Shown: one piece after another, positions 1-13,600 of the stretch
How positions within the stretch are numbered: the stretch's first letter is position 1
How the letters are laid out: every line of letters begins with the position of its first letter
From: Phoronis australis
Taxonomy: Eukaryota; Animalia; Phoronida
Reading direction: 5' to 3'
DNA length: 64,000 bases
Assembly: GCA_002633005.1 (NCBI GenBank)
Contig: NMRA01000004.1
Location: 315,846 to 379,845, forward strand
The notes under the pieces: model-generated
Database searches by the model: none
The model's input: only the letters and a program-made list of their open reading frames with translations
Told to the model about the DNA's origin: nothing
Position numbers and translations under genes: made by a program

Positions 1-67
1 AATCTCACTGAGCTGAGCTCTTCCAGTCGTTTATTAAACCCGCGCCTTTTGCCCAAACACAATAGTT

Positions 68-197
68 GTGACTGAGTTCGCTGGTTAGTCCGGTCAACCG
101 GCTAAGGCACCTGATTGGGTTAAAAGCCGGAAGTCGCCACCGAAAACCAATCGGATGTCTTAGCCGATTGACATGGTGGAACCGGAGAATTCAATCA
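68..197. repeat. Imperfect palindromic (fold-back) element, related to 36701-36817
   Basis: Arms gtcaaccggctaaggcacctgattgg and ccaatcggatgtcttagccgattgac are reverse complements with few mismatches. Confidence 0.7.
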
Positions 198-1689
198 GGT
201 ACTCTCTGTATGTAGGCAACTTATCGTAAAATATACCTCCTTTTGTTCCTTAGAAACGATTTTTAGACTTCAGAAGAATAAAAAGTTGGTTATTGCCTCA
301 AACCAGGCTCCGGCGTTTGGTTGCTAGTCACGGTGGGTTAGATTCAGCCGCCGAAGTGGTGAGGAAGGCAGCCATGCAAGGAAATTGTAGGCATTTTATT
401 GCAACCATTTTCAAATCAAACAAAGGATTAGAACGCAATGACGTTGCTTAAGTCGACTATCCTTGCGTTCAATAAGGCAAGCGCTTCGAAGCACTTTCCT
501 TAGTGAACACAAGGCTGGATACACCTATTGTGTACTTACAAACTTTGATGGCGTTGCAAAAATGATTTTTGTGCATTGTTCTTTAGGACACAATGCCTCG
601 TTTTAGCATTTATAACGCAAATGTGAAAGTGCGCGTGATCTAAATGTGCAGAACGTTTGGACACAACACCTCGTTTTCGAGCATATTAATTGGCGAATTC
701 GTGAAAGCAGGTAATAGTTACTTTAAACAAGCGGTAGGGAGCACTGAGGAGAAAGGATATCCCGGCATTTTTTCCAAAAAGCGCCAGTTATGTTATTGAT
801 ACGCATGGTCGTAGATGTGGACTCTGGTTTTGGTACCAAAAATGCAATTTCCGGTCGCTCGCTCTGCAGGTATACGAAAAACCTGCGTTAGTAAAGTCAC
901 TAAAGACATTTTCCTTGTTTTCTTTCCTAAAAATTGTAGTATTGAAGTTACTATTTGTAAGTGATTATTCTATCAAGTGATTTATTCATAAACGTATACA
1001 TTGATGAAAATCTTGGAAGCAAGCGAGAAGATTCGTGTATTTTATACATAAAAAACAATCATCAGAAAGTACTATCTCAGTTGTCATTTGGTGTTATTGC
1101 ACGACTTTTATATACGTAACGATGTCACAAAATAGTAGCAAAATACTCTGAAATATTCAAGTAACTAATGGTGCTTTTTATTCTCCCGCGATCTCAAAGT
1201 TTCTTTTGCAAGGCACTGAAGTCAGGAAAAATGCCACTGCTGATTCTCACTGAAGAGAAACGCATCAGCTGTGTTGAAAAAGCACCAAAATCTTGGCGCC
1301 ATGGAGCTGCACAACTGGTTGTGTTTGGTGCGAAATTTTTGTTCTCTCCAACAGCAACAAGTTGAGGCACTTTTTCCAGTTTCGACGCACTTCAAATAAT
1401 GTGGCTCCTGAAGTATGAAAAACACCATAAATTCAAAGTAAAACGTCATCCAACGTTACTCAAATATTTTCGAATATTCTTGTTAACATTCTCTTGCACC
1501 CAATATATCTTGGTATTTGGTTATCCATGCGTTTGTTTTATACACGAGTCAGAGGTTTTGTACAATGAAATGTGCTAATATATGTATGCATTTAGGCCCA
1601 CGCAATGTCACCATGCCTATCGGTGATTAGCACTTGTGCTAATGTATTTCTTGTTTTGCAGTTTCCTGTACCAATGTAAAATTTACATT

Positions 1690-1742
1690 TTACTTACTTA
1701 CTTACTATGAGTTTCTTACTTGCTTGCTTGCTTGCTTACTTG

Positions 1743-1801
<59 letters not shown>

Positions 1802-1826
1802 GCTTGCTAACTTACTCATTTACTTA
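1690..1826. repeat. (ACTT)n/(GCTT)n tetranucleotide microsatellite
   Basis: Directly visible tandem run. Confidence 0.95.
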
Positions 1827-2249
1827 CGTTCTGCATAGGGAAAGCGCCGTGTGTAAATCACGCACGTTAATTACAGACAGTACTTTCGTATAGTGGCCAA
1901 AGCATAGGCAGATTTAGGATTTAGGCCCCCCCCCCCTTGGCTGCCGCAAGCAAAATGAAACAGCAATAGCTTGAAGCGTGAGGAAATATTGAGTTCAGCA
2001 ACTAGAACTGGTAGCGGATAGGGGGGGGGGCACCGATAGGTTTTCTCAACAGAAGGTCCACATCCAGACCCCGCATTTCAGGCCGCATGTGCACATGACA
2101 CATGCCATCGCGCTTTGCTCAATTCCCCGAGGCAACATGTTGACCCCCCTTATGGTATCCTAGATCCGCCACTGCAACGATAGCACAGGAGAGAGGGTTC
2201 TGCACGTGCTTAGATCGTGTAGTGTTAATGAAGCACTACTTGTAGTTAA

Positions 2250-3000
2250 TCTGTGTCCTGACCCGATGTCCAGACAAGCGCTTGCTTGCAGTTCAAGAGC
2301 AACTTTGCTACAGTCCCCGGCCTAAGAACAAGACGATCGACCGCAAGTGACTCCCCCGTGTGGTCAAAATTTAAATTCATGCTACTTGACCCAGCTATTA
2401 AAGAATAAACACAGCTCACAATGTACCCCATGGCATATATTGTACACTTGTGGGCGTTTTTATTCAGGACAGACATGTGACCGTTTACCTGAGGAGCAAT
2501 ATTAATCCGGCGTTCCAAACAGCTGGGTACAGCATAGCGAAACGTACTGGGGAACAGCTCTTGTTTTGCAAAGATAAGAACAGTGGGGCTGTATCCAGGT
2601 AATAAATACTTTATAAGTTTTGAGCGTAAGTATATACGGGAAGGGTTAGCGCTGAATTTGATAAGGTCTGATTCTCTGAGATTGAATAGTCAGGAAATGA
2701 ACTGAAAGTGAAGAGATAGGGCGAGTTTGAAATACGACAAAGATCGGGGCAAAGATAAAGAGTACACAGATTATAGGCTACAGGTAGTGGTGGCGAACAG
2801 GTGCTTGTAATCCATTTGAGGGACTGTCTGTGTTACTAATAGAGCTCAAAACTGCCTTCATGACAACTGCCTGCTTGGTTCGACTCCGGCCGCGGGTGCG
2901 TCCCTTGTTGGTGTGTTCTTTCATGATCGACCTACAACTTCAAAGGAGGAGGCGATGACAGTGGGGGATTAAGGGGAGTCGGACACTCCGTGCTGGTCCG
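2250..3000 (-). mobile_element. Possible highly decayed LINE reverse transcriptase fragment
   Basis: Minus-strand pieces such as 'SSGKRSHVCP' resemble the 'WKxAxVxPIxKK' LINE RT motif. Many stops; boundaries approximate. Confidence 0.3.
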
Positions 3001-3915
3001 TTTTTAATTAGCAGAATTTAGTGATATAAAATGTCCCTACAGTCCACTGCCAAACCCCTTTTGTCGGTGGACAGTGATACTGGATCGGCCCTTGAACTGC
3101 AACTCGGTGGAACGATCTCATGTCGCTCATGAGGTAGGCACCGGATAAGATACGGGAGTGCGTTGCGTAGTAGACTGAGAGATTCTGGTTTCTACGGTAC
3201 TGAGCCCGGCTACGCATTAATCTTGTGTCTATGCTTCTCACGTGAGTTGAGGTATAATTGAGACAGCAAGGAAAACCCGTCTTCCTCCTCCACAAATTAT
3301 GCAAGGCGCCAAGGGTGCACGTTCCTTTTATTAAATACAAAGAAACGTGTTCATAAACAAAAATGGTGTGTGTGAAAAGCAATGATACACCTCGTCGGAA
3401 AGAAGGACGTTCCAATGCAAAAAATGCTGTGAGAAAGTCCGTCCGTGCTGTTCGGAGAAAAGAATACTGGCAAATCGTGGCAATAAATAGTCGGGAACTA
3501 GGTAGTCCGGCTACTGAAAGTAACGAAAGCGTTCAGGTTCTGTGGATATGCTACATCTACATGATTCACCAAAAGGTAAATTAACGCTACAAATTTTTCG
3601 GCTGGCGATCGGTAAAGGATCTGGCAACCCGTTACATTTGAATGGATGAATGGTAGTAAAAGGGAACTCGCGTGTTATGCGTAAGAGGCCATGCCAACGC
3701 ACTTAAAAAGGCTTGTCACCAATGATAACCGAAGCCACTAAACTCATCAGCCGTTGTTGCAGTTTATGTGTGGTAATGAATGTCCCACCTGGTGTTGTTG
3801 TAATAATGGTATTGGGTTGACAGTTGACAGGTCATGCGTGAACTATCGTGTTACCGTTGTTGACCAGTGACACGTCACGCGTAGACTATTGTGTTACAGT
3901 GTTTTTAACCTGCCG

Positions 3916-3923
3916 TGACGTCA
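3916..3923. promoter_or_regulatory. Perfect CRE palindrome TGACGTCA about 550 bp upstream of the paralog A ATG
   Basis: Sequence match only. A GC box (ggggcggg, about 4305) lies nearby. Function untested. Confidence 0.3.
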
Positions 3924-4466
3924 ACCTGACTGCTGTCACTAGGACCCGATTCCGTAAACGCCCAGAAGCAACCTTGCGTTTCTTGTGAAAAGTCTTCGCT
4001 TAGGAAGTTGAAAAAGTAAATTAAATGCCATAATTCAGCTGTGCAGCTGAACCTCGCCGACCACTCACTTCAGTGGCCGACATTTTGCGAAACACTTACC
4101 CTTCACTCTTGTGATTTCGAGGGATTTTCTTCATTGCAAGAAACTTGGTATACGGAACGCTGACAAGCAGAGTTGTGCTCCGTGGGGCTACTGGAGTTTC
4201 TTGCGAGTTGAACAGTCATGCAAGTCTTCGTGACTAGACGTATTACAGCTAACAAGCAAGGCACGTAATAGTACTAGTTTTCACTCTCAAGTGTCTTGCG
4301 TTATGGGGCGGGTCCCAGTTTTTAGTATAATTTAGTCACTTTCCAGCTATTAAGCTAATTCCCAGTAGAAATTACTGTCTAAACAGACAGTAGCAATCTC
4401 AATTAGTTTGCTGAGTAACTAGGTTTCTGAATAACAACATCTTCCAACAGGTAAAGAGATCTCGCC

Positions 4467-4641
4467 ATGGCAGTTAGCATACCAGGAATCATTTCTGTCG
4501 TGGTCTTTTACCTCTTGATTCTCGCCATTGGTATATGGGCCGGAAGGAAGTCTAAGTCGACGGAAAAGAACGCCAATTCTGAAGAAGTCATGCTCGCTGG
4601 TCGAAATATTGGCGTGATTGTGGGTGTTTTTACAATGACAG
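4467..4641 (+). CDS. SLC5A7: CHT1-like A coding exon 1 ([15 protein letters not shown]...GVFTMT)
   Basis: ATG in gccATGg context; donor G|gtaata, phase 1. Confidence 0.93.
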
Positions 4642-7600
4642 GTAATAAGATTTTTATGCACCCACATTTACGAATGCCGTTATCAACGGTCGTGCGTCGT
4701 CCGACGTCAGCTGCTGTATCTCCCAAATCTAGCACATACGTTCCAATGGAGTTGAAGACCGATGACGACTTTTTTCGGACCGATCCGACTACCGCTCTAT
4801 TCCCTAGTGGGAATTTTTAGGTTTTTACATTAGCCTCGGTATCCTTGAATTCCTTGATAGATTTTTATAGGTTTCTCTTAAGGAGACGGCGGCACTTTCC
4901 CCTTTTTTGAAAGTATTTGACGTATTATGTGCCACGCAGTGGCCATTTCCAAAAAACTGATTAAGTTTTTGACGTCTGCCTCACCGCTTGAAGGACCATT
5001 ACGAAAATTAGCAAGTGTGTTTCTGCTGAGAAGACCGCGGCTGGCGATAATTTTCGAACGGTTTGAATACTGTTGCGCCCACTTGTGGCAATTTCTTTTT
5101 TTTGCATTCATGACTGTAGCTCCCGATTCCTTTACAGAATCTTTATTAAATTTTGCAAGTGTTTTCCTATAAATGTGACAACTGCTGACCACGACGTTTT
5201 GGTCCGCTTTGACTACCGCTGTAACTCCTTTTGGCATTTTTTTGTTTTTACGTTTGCCCTTGTAGCTTAAAAGTTTCTTGGCGTTTGGAAAAATTATCAA
5301 GACGACAGCATCTTTCCATTTCTGTATGGATTCTATGTTTTCTGTGCCATCTAGTGGCCATTTTAAAATATTTTCGAGTATTTTTGACATCAGCTCTGTA
5401 TCCGCCAAACCACTCAGCTGATCACAATGGAAGTTGGCAGCTAACTTGTTCCTACAATCAAGAGCACAACAGACTGTGTTTTCAGGAAGTTTTAAGTAGA
5501 GTGACAATTCTTTCCCATCTGCGACTGTATCTCTTAAACTGTTTGAAAGATATTTTTGAAAGTTAGCTGGACAAGTCCAACTACCGTTGCGCCTCCTAAT
5601 GGGATTTTTTATTTGCCTCATTATCTTTGGAGTTTCTTAACGGATTTTCACTTTCGAATGATCTAATGGCCACTTTTATGGTGCTAATAAACGCCGGTAG
5701 AAGCCTACGGTTTGTGGTGCCGTCGCAGACGTATTGCGAATCTCCTTGTTGCTCTTGTAGGTAAACTTAGTAACTAAGTTACTAATTCTATATACAGGCA
5801 CAGACAATAACTCTATATGTAGAAAATGTTATTCTATCGGTAGATGTAATAACTCTACCGATAGAGTTTCAAGTGTACCGATAGGCTTAAAAAGCTTGGC
5901 CACTCATCGGCAGATCATATCTTGGTGAAATAGATCGAACGCGTCTCGCCTGCATTGAGAATTAGCTGTTTATCCCTTGACATTCTACTTCTACAAAACG
6001 TAGGACAAACGAACAAGAGAGATGACAATTGAGTCTGATCATGGTTTTCTTTGCTGGAGAAGAAACTAACGTGTAAGCGCACATGTGGAGAATTTTATTT
6101 AAAAAGAATGGTTAGCCTACACGATCAGGTCAAATAGACATTTTGTTCGATAAATAAATGAAGTGCATTAGTTTACTAAGCAAGTGACATGTTTGCGTCG
6201 TGCAGCATGGCGTGATCTTGATGATATTATGTTAAATTTAGCTTGAAGCGAAATTGAGATGCTGAAAGTTGTAAAAAGTGTTCATACACGTTTAGCAGAT
6301 ATGTCAAACGTTTAACGACGGGCAAAATCTTTTGAATTCTGACCATTCAGTCATCACGCTTGAGCTGATCGAAGATTTTGTGGTAATCATTTTTTGTACA
6401 GGCATATTTGACTCCTTCAGCGTTGTCATCGGTTTTACGGCTCGTCGACCTGTTGCTACGCCACTTAATCAAGCGTGGGATTTTTGCTAAAAATAATCAG
6501 AAAATTAGCGTCTCTCAGTATACTCACACTCAATAGGGGATGCAGAAAGTGGTATTATGCTAGAAAAGTTTGTGGAAGAAGCCAAAAATAGGTTTTGTTT
6601 CAGAGTATTGTAACAAGATACGATGTTTTGTAGACTCAATGTGAAATTTACTTATAAAACAGTGAGGGAACAGCGTTGCGTCCTGCCTTTACTACACCTT
6701 TGAGATGAGAAATTTTGCTCGCTTTCCATATGATGAATTTCTTGCAAGGCCCGTTTATGATGCTCTGATACACTTTCATTTCAGCCACGTGGGTGGGCGG
6801 AGGTTATATCAATGGTACGGCAGAAGTAGTTTTTACGCCAGGCTACGGCTTGGTGTGGTGCCAGGCACCAGTCGGATATGCTTTAAGTTTAGTTCTGGGT
6901 AAGTAATACGACGATTCGACTCGATATTCTCCCGTGTTTATTGATCTTCGATACTTGTATTCAGTGTAGTGGAGTCGCTTGTGTTCCATCCGTGCCCGTT
7001 TCCATACCAGTTGTTCCGTTTAGACACTCCATCGCTGTTTAATATTGAATATTGAGAACGAGGCGTGTTCTTAAATACTCTAAACATGACCAAAAACACA
7101 GTTACAGAGGTTGGAAAAGGGAGCATCGCGTATAATAAATGAAACGCGAGAAAAATGGGGGCATTCGAGATGGTCAGATGCAGTCTAGTGCCGCGAAGAA
7201 CTCCATAAAATATAGTAAGCAGCAATTAAAGGCCTAGTATGGTGCCAAAATGACTATTTTTACATCTAGAATACATTTATTGATGAAAAACATCAAAATA
7301 CTGTGTCATAGCATACTCCAGTCGTTAATTAAGTAGGCCTTCAACAATACAGTAGACCCATCACGAACCCCATTTAGCGCCAAAAAACTCGAGATGGTGC
7401 TTGCACTAATCGAAGTCTATGACATCATCGTTGCAACGAATTTGGCTTTCACCGTGTATCCACAGTACTGGAATCAGAGATGACTGGCCATTTAATTTAG
7501 TGCAAAATACGTGGAAAATCAAGGAAACACATTAATTTTTCATTTTATGTCAGTTAATATTAAAATTAATCAAAATTACTACCTTTAGAATTGTTATTCA

Positions 7601-10600
7601 ATTATTTAGCACACATTCTAATACGGGCCCGTATGGGAATCCCCGGGAGCGTGACTGGGGCCGTCGAAACAGTCGGAAAAACAAAACGCTTCGTCTGAAT
7701 TGTTATCAGCAATTTCACAATGTTTATTATAAAGTGTAATTTGTTTGATACAAAAACTTTAGGAACTTTACATTCCTGTCTTTTTGAAGCCGAAGGTGTG
7801 AACGCTGCGCGATTCCAATACGCATGGCTGTCGAGTGTGTGTCCCGTATTGGTAGGCCTATGGACGACAATAGGGCGTTTAATTTAGTGCAAAATACTTG
7901 GAAACGTTACAGCACATAGCAGCTTGATCTTTTCGTACACAATATGCAATGATATTCAAATCCACTGAAAATTTTATATTAGAATCTCAATTTTCAAAAT
8001 AAGTCGCCTTGAAATGCTGCAACCCGTAATCGCCGCCATTTTGACTCGATCAAGCTAAAAACAAATGAAAATTTAATAGAGACCGGGTATGAGTCGTGTT
8101 AGTCAACTCGTCGTGAAACTTACATCGCAGAGCCAACGACCGACGGCCGGGGTGCATGCAAAATCTGGGAGACAATTCGGACACTCACCTTGCCCGTTGC
8201 CAGTCGTTTAAGGGAAGAACAATCTAATAAACGTCATTTTCTAGCATTACTCTTCGCCTTTTGAGTTTTGTTACAAAGAAAGTCTGTTGTCCTTTTGAAA
8301 ACAGTACGCTCGTGACACGCGCACGCGCCGTACTAAAATTTTGAGACTAATTTTGGGACATGATAACAGCTTCGCAGCAGTAAAGTTTGTTCTAAATACG
8401 GTTTGCTGGTCTTAAAAATGCTAATAACTTGTTACGATATGAGACCAGTTCCGACAATTTGTTGTGACATTACGCAACCTCGTGGCAGCAAAGAACAGTT
8501 GTTAGAAGAATAAACCGGGGGGAAAGAAATTGTTCAGGTCGGGTGACGTAATCGCCAAATGCCGATTCCCAAGAGCACACTTCACATTTTAGCTGTAGAT
8601 GAGCGGTAGAACGATAATTCTTCCAACACCGGTTAATAATTTGGTTTGCTCAAAGAGTGGTGCAGCTTTTAATGACACTATTTCTGAGTCACATTTTATT
8701 TAGTCATTTTACCCACATTGACGCGAAGCTGTAGATTTTGTATATAGCTTTGCACCAAGCCTAAAACAGATCATGCCGATCGGGAAAGTTTGTCGCTAGC
8801 CAGTCCTTGTCGTGGATACGAATCTATTCCATGCACGGCACACGACGGGATCGGTGGGGAAGTTGTGCAAATGTATCCTATTGCCGCTGACATTGCTACA
8901 CCCGCACACCACGCAACGAGGCATTTTAGCCAAGAGATCGACAAGTACAGAACGTCCAAGAAATGGCACTAAGCTGTTATCCAATGTGGCTCCCCAGTAA
9001 TTTTGTGGCCACGATGATGTCATATGAACCACTTTACGGTGATTGGTTGAGATTTTTCTGGGGCGCTCGAAGGGGCTACCAATTATGAGCGGTGTAATTT
9101 GCGTCGCAATTCATTACTTTCCGTGGTATGTAAGAAGCAAAAACAATATTTTTATGAACAATACATACATGTCTGGTGTCAAAAAGGTGTTTTAGCCGCT
9201 GGAGGCTGTCTTTAATGGCTAACGATGGTAAGGTGTTGATGATGACCCGGTGATAATGGCCATCCCATTATAGTCACAGCTAAACAGACGCTGCAAGATT
9301 ATTCAAGCGCACCCAGACGGGACTCGGGGTTCTCGCCCCCCCCCCCCAATTTGGTGAACTGGACCAATAGGATAGGTCCGCCTCAAAGAAACAAAACTCC
9401 GCAAAAGTATAAAACGAGGCAAAAGTCTACTTTTAAGCAGGAACAACCAAAATTCGGCGAGTGCACAATTTATGGTTCTGAACGTACCTTATAAATCTTA
9501 GTAAAAGGTCCACATTCTCAAAAATTTAAGTCCTCCATTTTTAGGCTGGGTCTGCGCATGATTATCGTTAGCAAGTTCACACGTCGGGGCTTCAAATAAA
9601 ACCTCGTACTTTCCCATCGAGTACTCTGAAACAAAACATTGTTCTGTAACCCTCGACAACCTTCAAAAGTTTGGAACAAAATTTGAAAACTTCTTAGTCT
9701 GCTAAACGGGCAAGCGTGACCAACGCTTTATTTAAGCGAGTTACACAACAACTTTAGGGAAAGACCACCCACCAAGAGCATTGATACCCAATTTATGACT
9801 CGATCAGAGAGTATGAATTTTTACTTGAATCCTTTTTTCTCAATATTCAAGGGGGACGCAAGTGATATATTAGCAGGTGACAGAATGAGGATTCGTTGAA
9901 ATCACCGAAACGGGGTTTAGTATTTTTTATCTGGAATCGGTTTGCATTGTGCGACTAACAGGAAAAGCATAACAGCTTTTTTAGCGCGAGTTTATTGAGA
10001 AATGAGGTAACGTCTGAATTTTTTTCTACTCCAATATGTTTCAGGAGGACTCATCTTTGCGCGAAAAATGCGCGAACGTGGTTACGTGACGATGCTGGAC
10101 CCACTACAAGAGAAACTTGGCCATGTCATGGGGGGCATACTATATTTACCTGCACTTCTGGGAGAGGCGTTCTGGTCAGCAGCCATCTTGTCTGCTCTTG
10201 GTATGTAACCGCCAACTCGACCTCATAAACACAGCAATAGAAGTAGCCAAGTTTGGAGTAAAGTTCAGTTGCTGTTTCGCGGCAAGGAAAATCTAGCCAA
10301 AATCACATTCTCTCGATCAAAACACACGGCAATATCTCGTGTAACCTCGCGAAGTCTTGTTTTTCTAGTAAGGTCCAATCGTTTACTGAACTCTACCCTG
10401 TTCTTATACCAGCAACTGGAAGCCGAGTTGTGCATTGGAAGAGAGTGGCGCCTCCTCTGGGAATTTCATAAGAAAATATTGAAGTTGCGAATCTGTCAGA
10501 AGTGATAGGCTGTCTGGAAAATACTGGCCATGAATTTTCAGGCTCTTAGTAAAGGTGACAGTGTCGTCAGTGGACTCCTTTTGCATAACTATTGCTCTAA

Positions 10601-13600
10601 TATCATTAAGTAAATGTGCAAATCCATAATCCGTAACCGCACTGTCAGACCAGGAAGTCATGATTTTGGACGATTTCGAAAGGTCTTCATGGATGAGAAA
10701 TATTCGTTTCCCTCAACAAGACGTTTTTATTTCATAAAAATCTGGCAAAGTCATTTGTGATCCCCGGAACATTGGTTCAAGAGGCAAAGAACTTCATCAT
10801 CTACTGATATTCAATATTGATAGGAGCCAATATCTGCGATCGAAACAGCCATGCACATTTTGTTAACCGAATACTATACTGAAAACTGGTCACACAATAT
10901 AATAATAATATTGCATGTAGTCAAGTTATCGGCAATTAAGTTTGTAATGTACTGGCAATATCCGTTTTCAACATTTTCCAGGGAGCTCACTGACAGTGAT
11001 TCTTGACTTGGACCACATTCCCGCCATCATAATATCTGCATGTATTGCAGTCGTTTACACATTCTTCGGTGGGTTGTATTCGGTTGCCTATACAGATGTT
11101 GTCCAGCTAGTTTGCATATTGGTTGGTCTGGTAAGCATTCGTTTTATAATGCGCCCACGTATTTATGTGTGGACTCATTATGTCATCATCTGCGTCCGTC
11201 CGGACGGCGTCCGTCCGGCGTACGTCCGGCGTCCGTCCGGCGTCCGGCGTCTGCTGCTCTATCTCCAAAACCAATTTACGTATGTTCATGAAATTTTGTA
11301 CAATTGTTCCTTTCATAGATAGGACGGCATGAGCGAACTTTCGGACGGATACGACTACCGGCGTGCCCCCTAGTGGCAATTTTAGTTTTTTACGTTTACC
11401 TCTATATCTTCAAAGGTCCTCATCGTATTTTAATAAAATTTGGTATATAGGCATCTATTAGTGAGACAACGGTATCCTCCCGTTTTCGGAATGATTCGAC
11501 ATAGTTTGCGCCATCTAGTGGCTATTTTTACTGTTTTTGATTCTGTTTTGACGCCCACCCCTCTATCAACCAAACCGCTCTAAGCATGTGAAAATTGGTA
11601 TGTATGTTCTTAGTATAAAGAGGACGATTGACGATGATTTTCCGACGACTTCGACTGCTGTGGCGCCTCCTAGTGGCAGTTTTGTTTTTTTGTGCCTGTG
11701 TCTATGTCTCCTAAACCATTTGCAACATCTTTACTAAATTTAGTAAGTGCATTTATATGAAGTTGACAATGGACGACGACGACTTTCGGACAGATCTGAC
11801 AACTGGTGTATCACCTATGAAGCTAACAACAGACAATGACGTCTTTCAGGCGGACCCAGTGAACATTGTGCCCCCTTGTGGCAATTTCATTTTATTCTGT
11901 TTTCCTTTGTTTCTCTGAAGTTCTGTGATGGATTTCTATGAAATTTGGTGTATAGCTTTCTATTAAAGAAGCAATGACATGTTCACGTTTTCGGACGGAT
12001 TTTATGTTTTTGCACCATCTAGTGGCCATGTTTATGACATAAATAAGCAACCCTAAAAGCACACCATTTGCGATGCATTCGTGGGCGCATTTCAACGCTC
12101 TGCGTTGCTCTTGTTTTTGTTTTTTCTAGTGCTGTATTGAAATGTCATTAGCGGTTTTTATATGCGCTAACTGCGAAGCGATACCGAAGCTAGTTTACAT
12201 TGAAACAACACGTGTAGGTGAGATAAAAGGTCATATATATTATGACAAACTAAACTACTACAGATATCGATAAATACAAAAGTTATATAATATGTTGAAC
12301 TGTAAAGGTGGGTGACAATCTGCCGAGGTACAAGGCAGCAATGAAGACATACACAAGTGTTGAACGAGGAAGAGAAGTAACACTATGCGGAAGCAAAACA
12401 GCAACACCAGGACAGCGACATAGGAAAATTTAGAGTAAACAGGGAAGTAAGAAAAATTGGTTTGAGGGAAGGAGGGAAAGAGAAATTGATTGAAAACTCG
12501 AAAATTGGAGGGGATTATGGACGATGGCTCGGTGTTGCGACAAAACAAAGAAATCACGTGGTACAGTTAAACCAATAATCGTAGAACAAAGAGGGTCACT
12601 GATTCGAGAGTCCAAACAATATGATAATGAGGACGAAGCAGTATAGCTTACATAAAATAATTTAATACTTAAATAGTATTTATAGAAATGTCTGAACTCT
12701 GAAGGACTTTTCTCGAAAGTACTCTTTTGTTTTTGATTTTGTTTCTACGTTATGGTAGTAATACTAGTAGTGGTGGTGATGGTGGTATTGGTAGCGGTTT
12801 TAATGGCGGTGGTAGTGGTGGTGGTGGTAATTGTGGTAGTGGATGTGATGGGGTTGGTGGTGGTGTTGAAGATTTGTAGGTATGGGTTGAATTTAACAAG
12901 AAATTGGTGTTTCTCTAAAAACAATTATTGACGAGAAGCAAAGTTTCAGACATGCTTCCCTTAAACATGCTATTTCCTCACGTATCACATATAGGTTCTG
13001 TCCATTCCATTTGCTGCCACTCACCCTGCCGTCAGCAACATTGGCGAGACTGCTTCACGTTGGTTGGGAAAGTATGATGTCAACTACACGGGGATGTGGA
13101 TAGACTCGGCACTTCTTCTGATCTTTGGAGGGATTCCTTGGCAGGTAAACGGAGTGCACTGAACGAAATAATTTCAGAACATCATAACAGGGTAAAATCG
13201 TCATGTACATTCCTCCCTTACGTTTTAGTCGATCATTCTGAATAGACTAAAGAGTTGATGCAGCTGAGCCTGAAATCATGTGTTGAATTCACATTAACTT
13301 CACATTTGATTTGTTTAGTTTATGAATAGTTCTGTTGTCTTTACAGGCATATTTCCAGAGAGTGTTGTCATCCAAAAGTGCGGGAAGAGCTCAAGCACTT
13401 TCATATGTTGCCGCTTTTGGTTGTATTGTGTTAGCGGTTCCACCAATTATCATTGGCGCCATCGGTGCATCTGCAGGTATGGCGTGTCATTTCTTCTTTA
13501 AAACTAAACTGATGCATGTACAGGTGTGGACATTAATCATCGTTGTTTATTGTAACGAAGTCTGATAAAGTTGTGACGACCTTGTATTCGCTCTGTGGCT

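Noticed and set aside
4878-5621. 247-aa minus-strand ORF
   Set aside because: Lies entirely within HINE copy 1, has no recognisable domain, and is not seen as an ORF in the other two copies.
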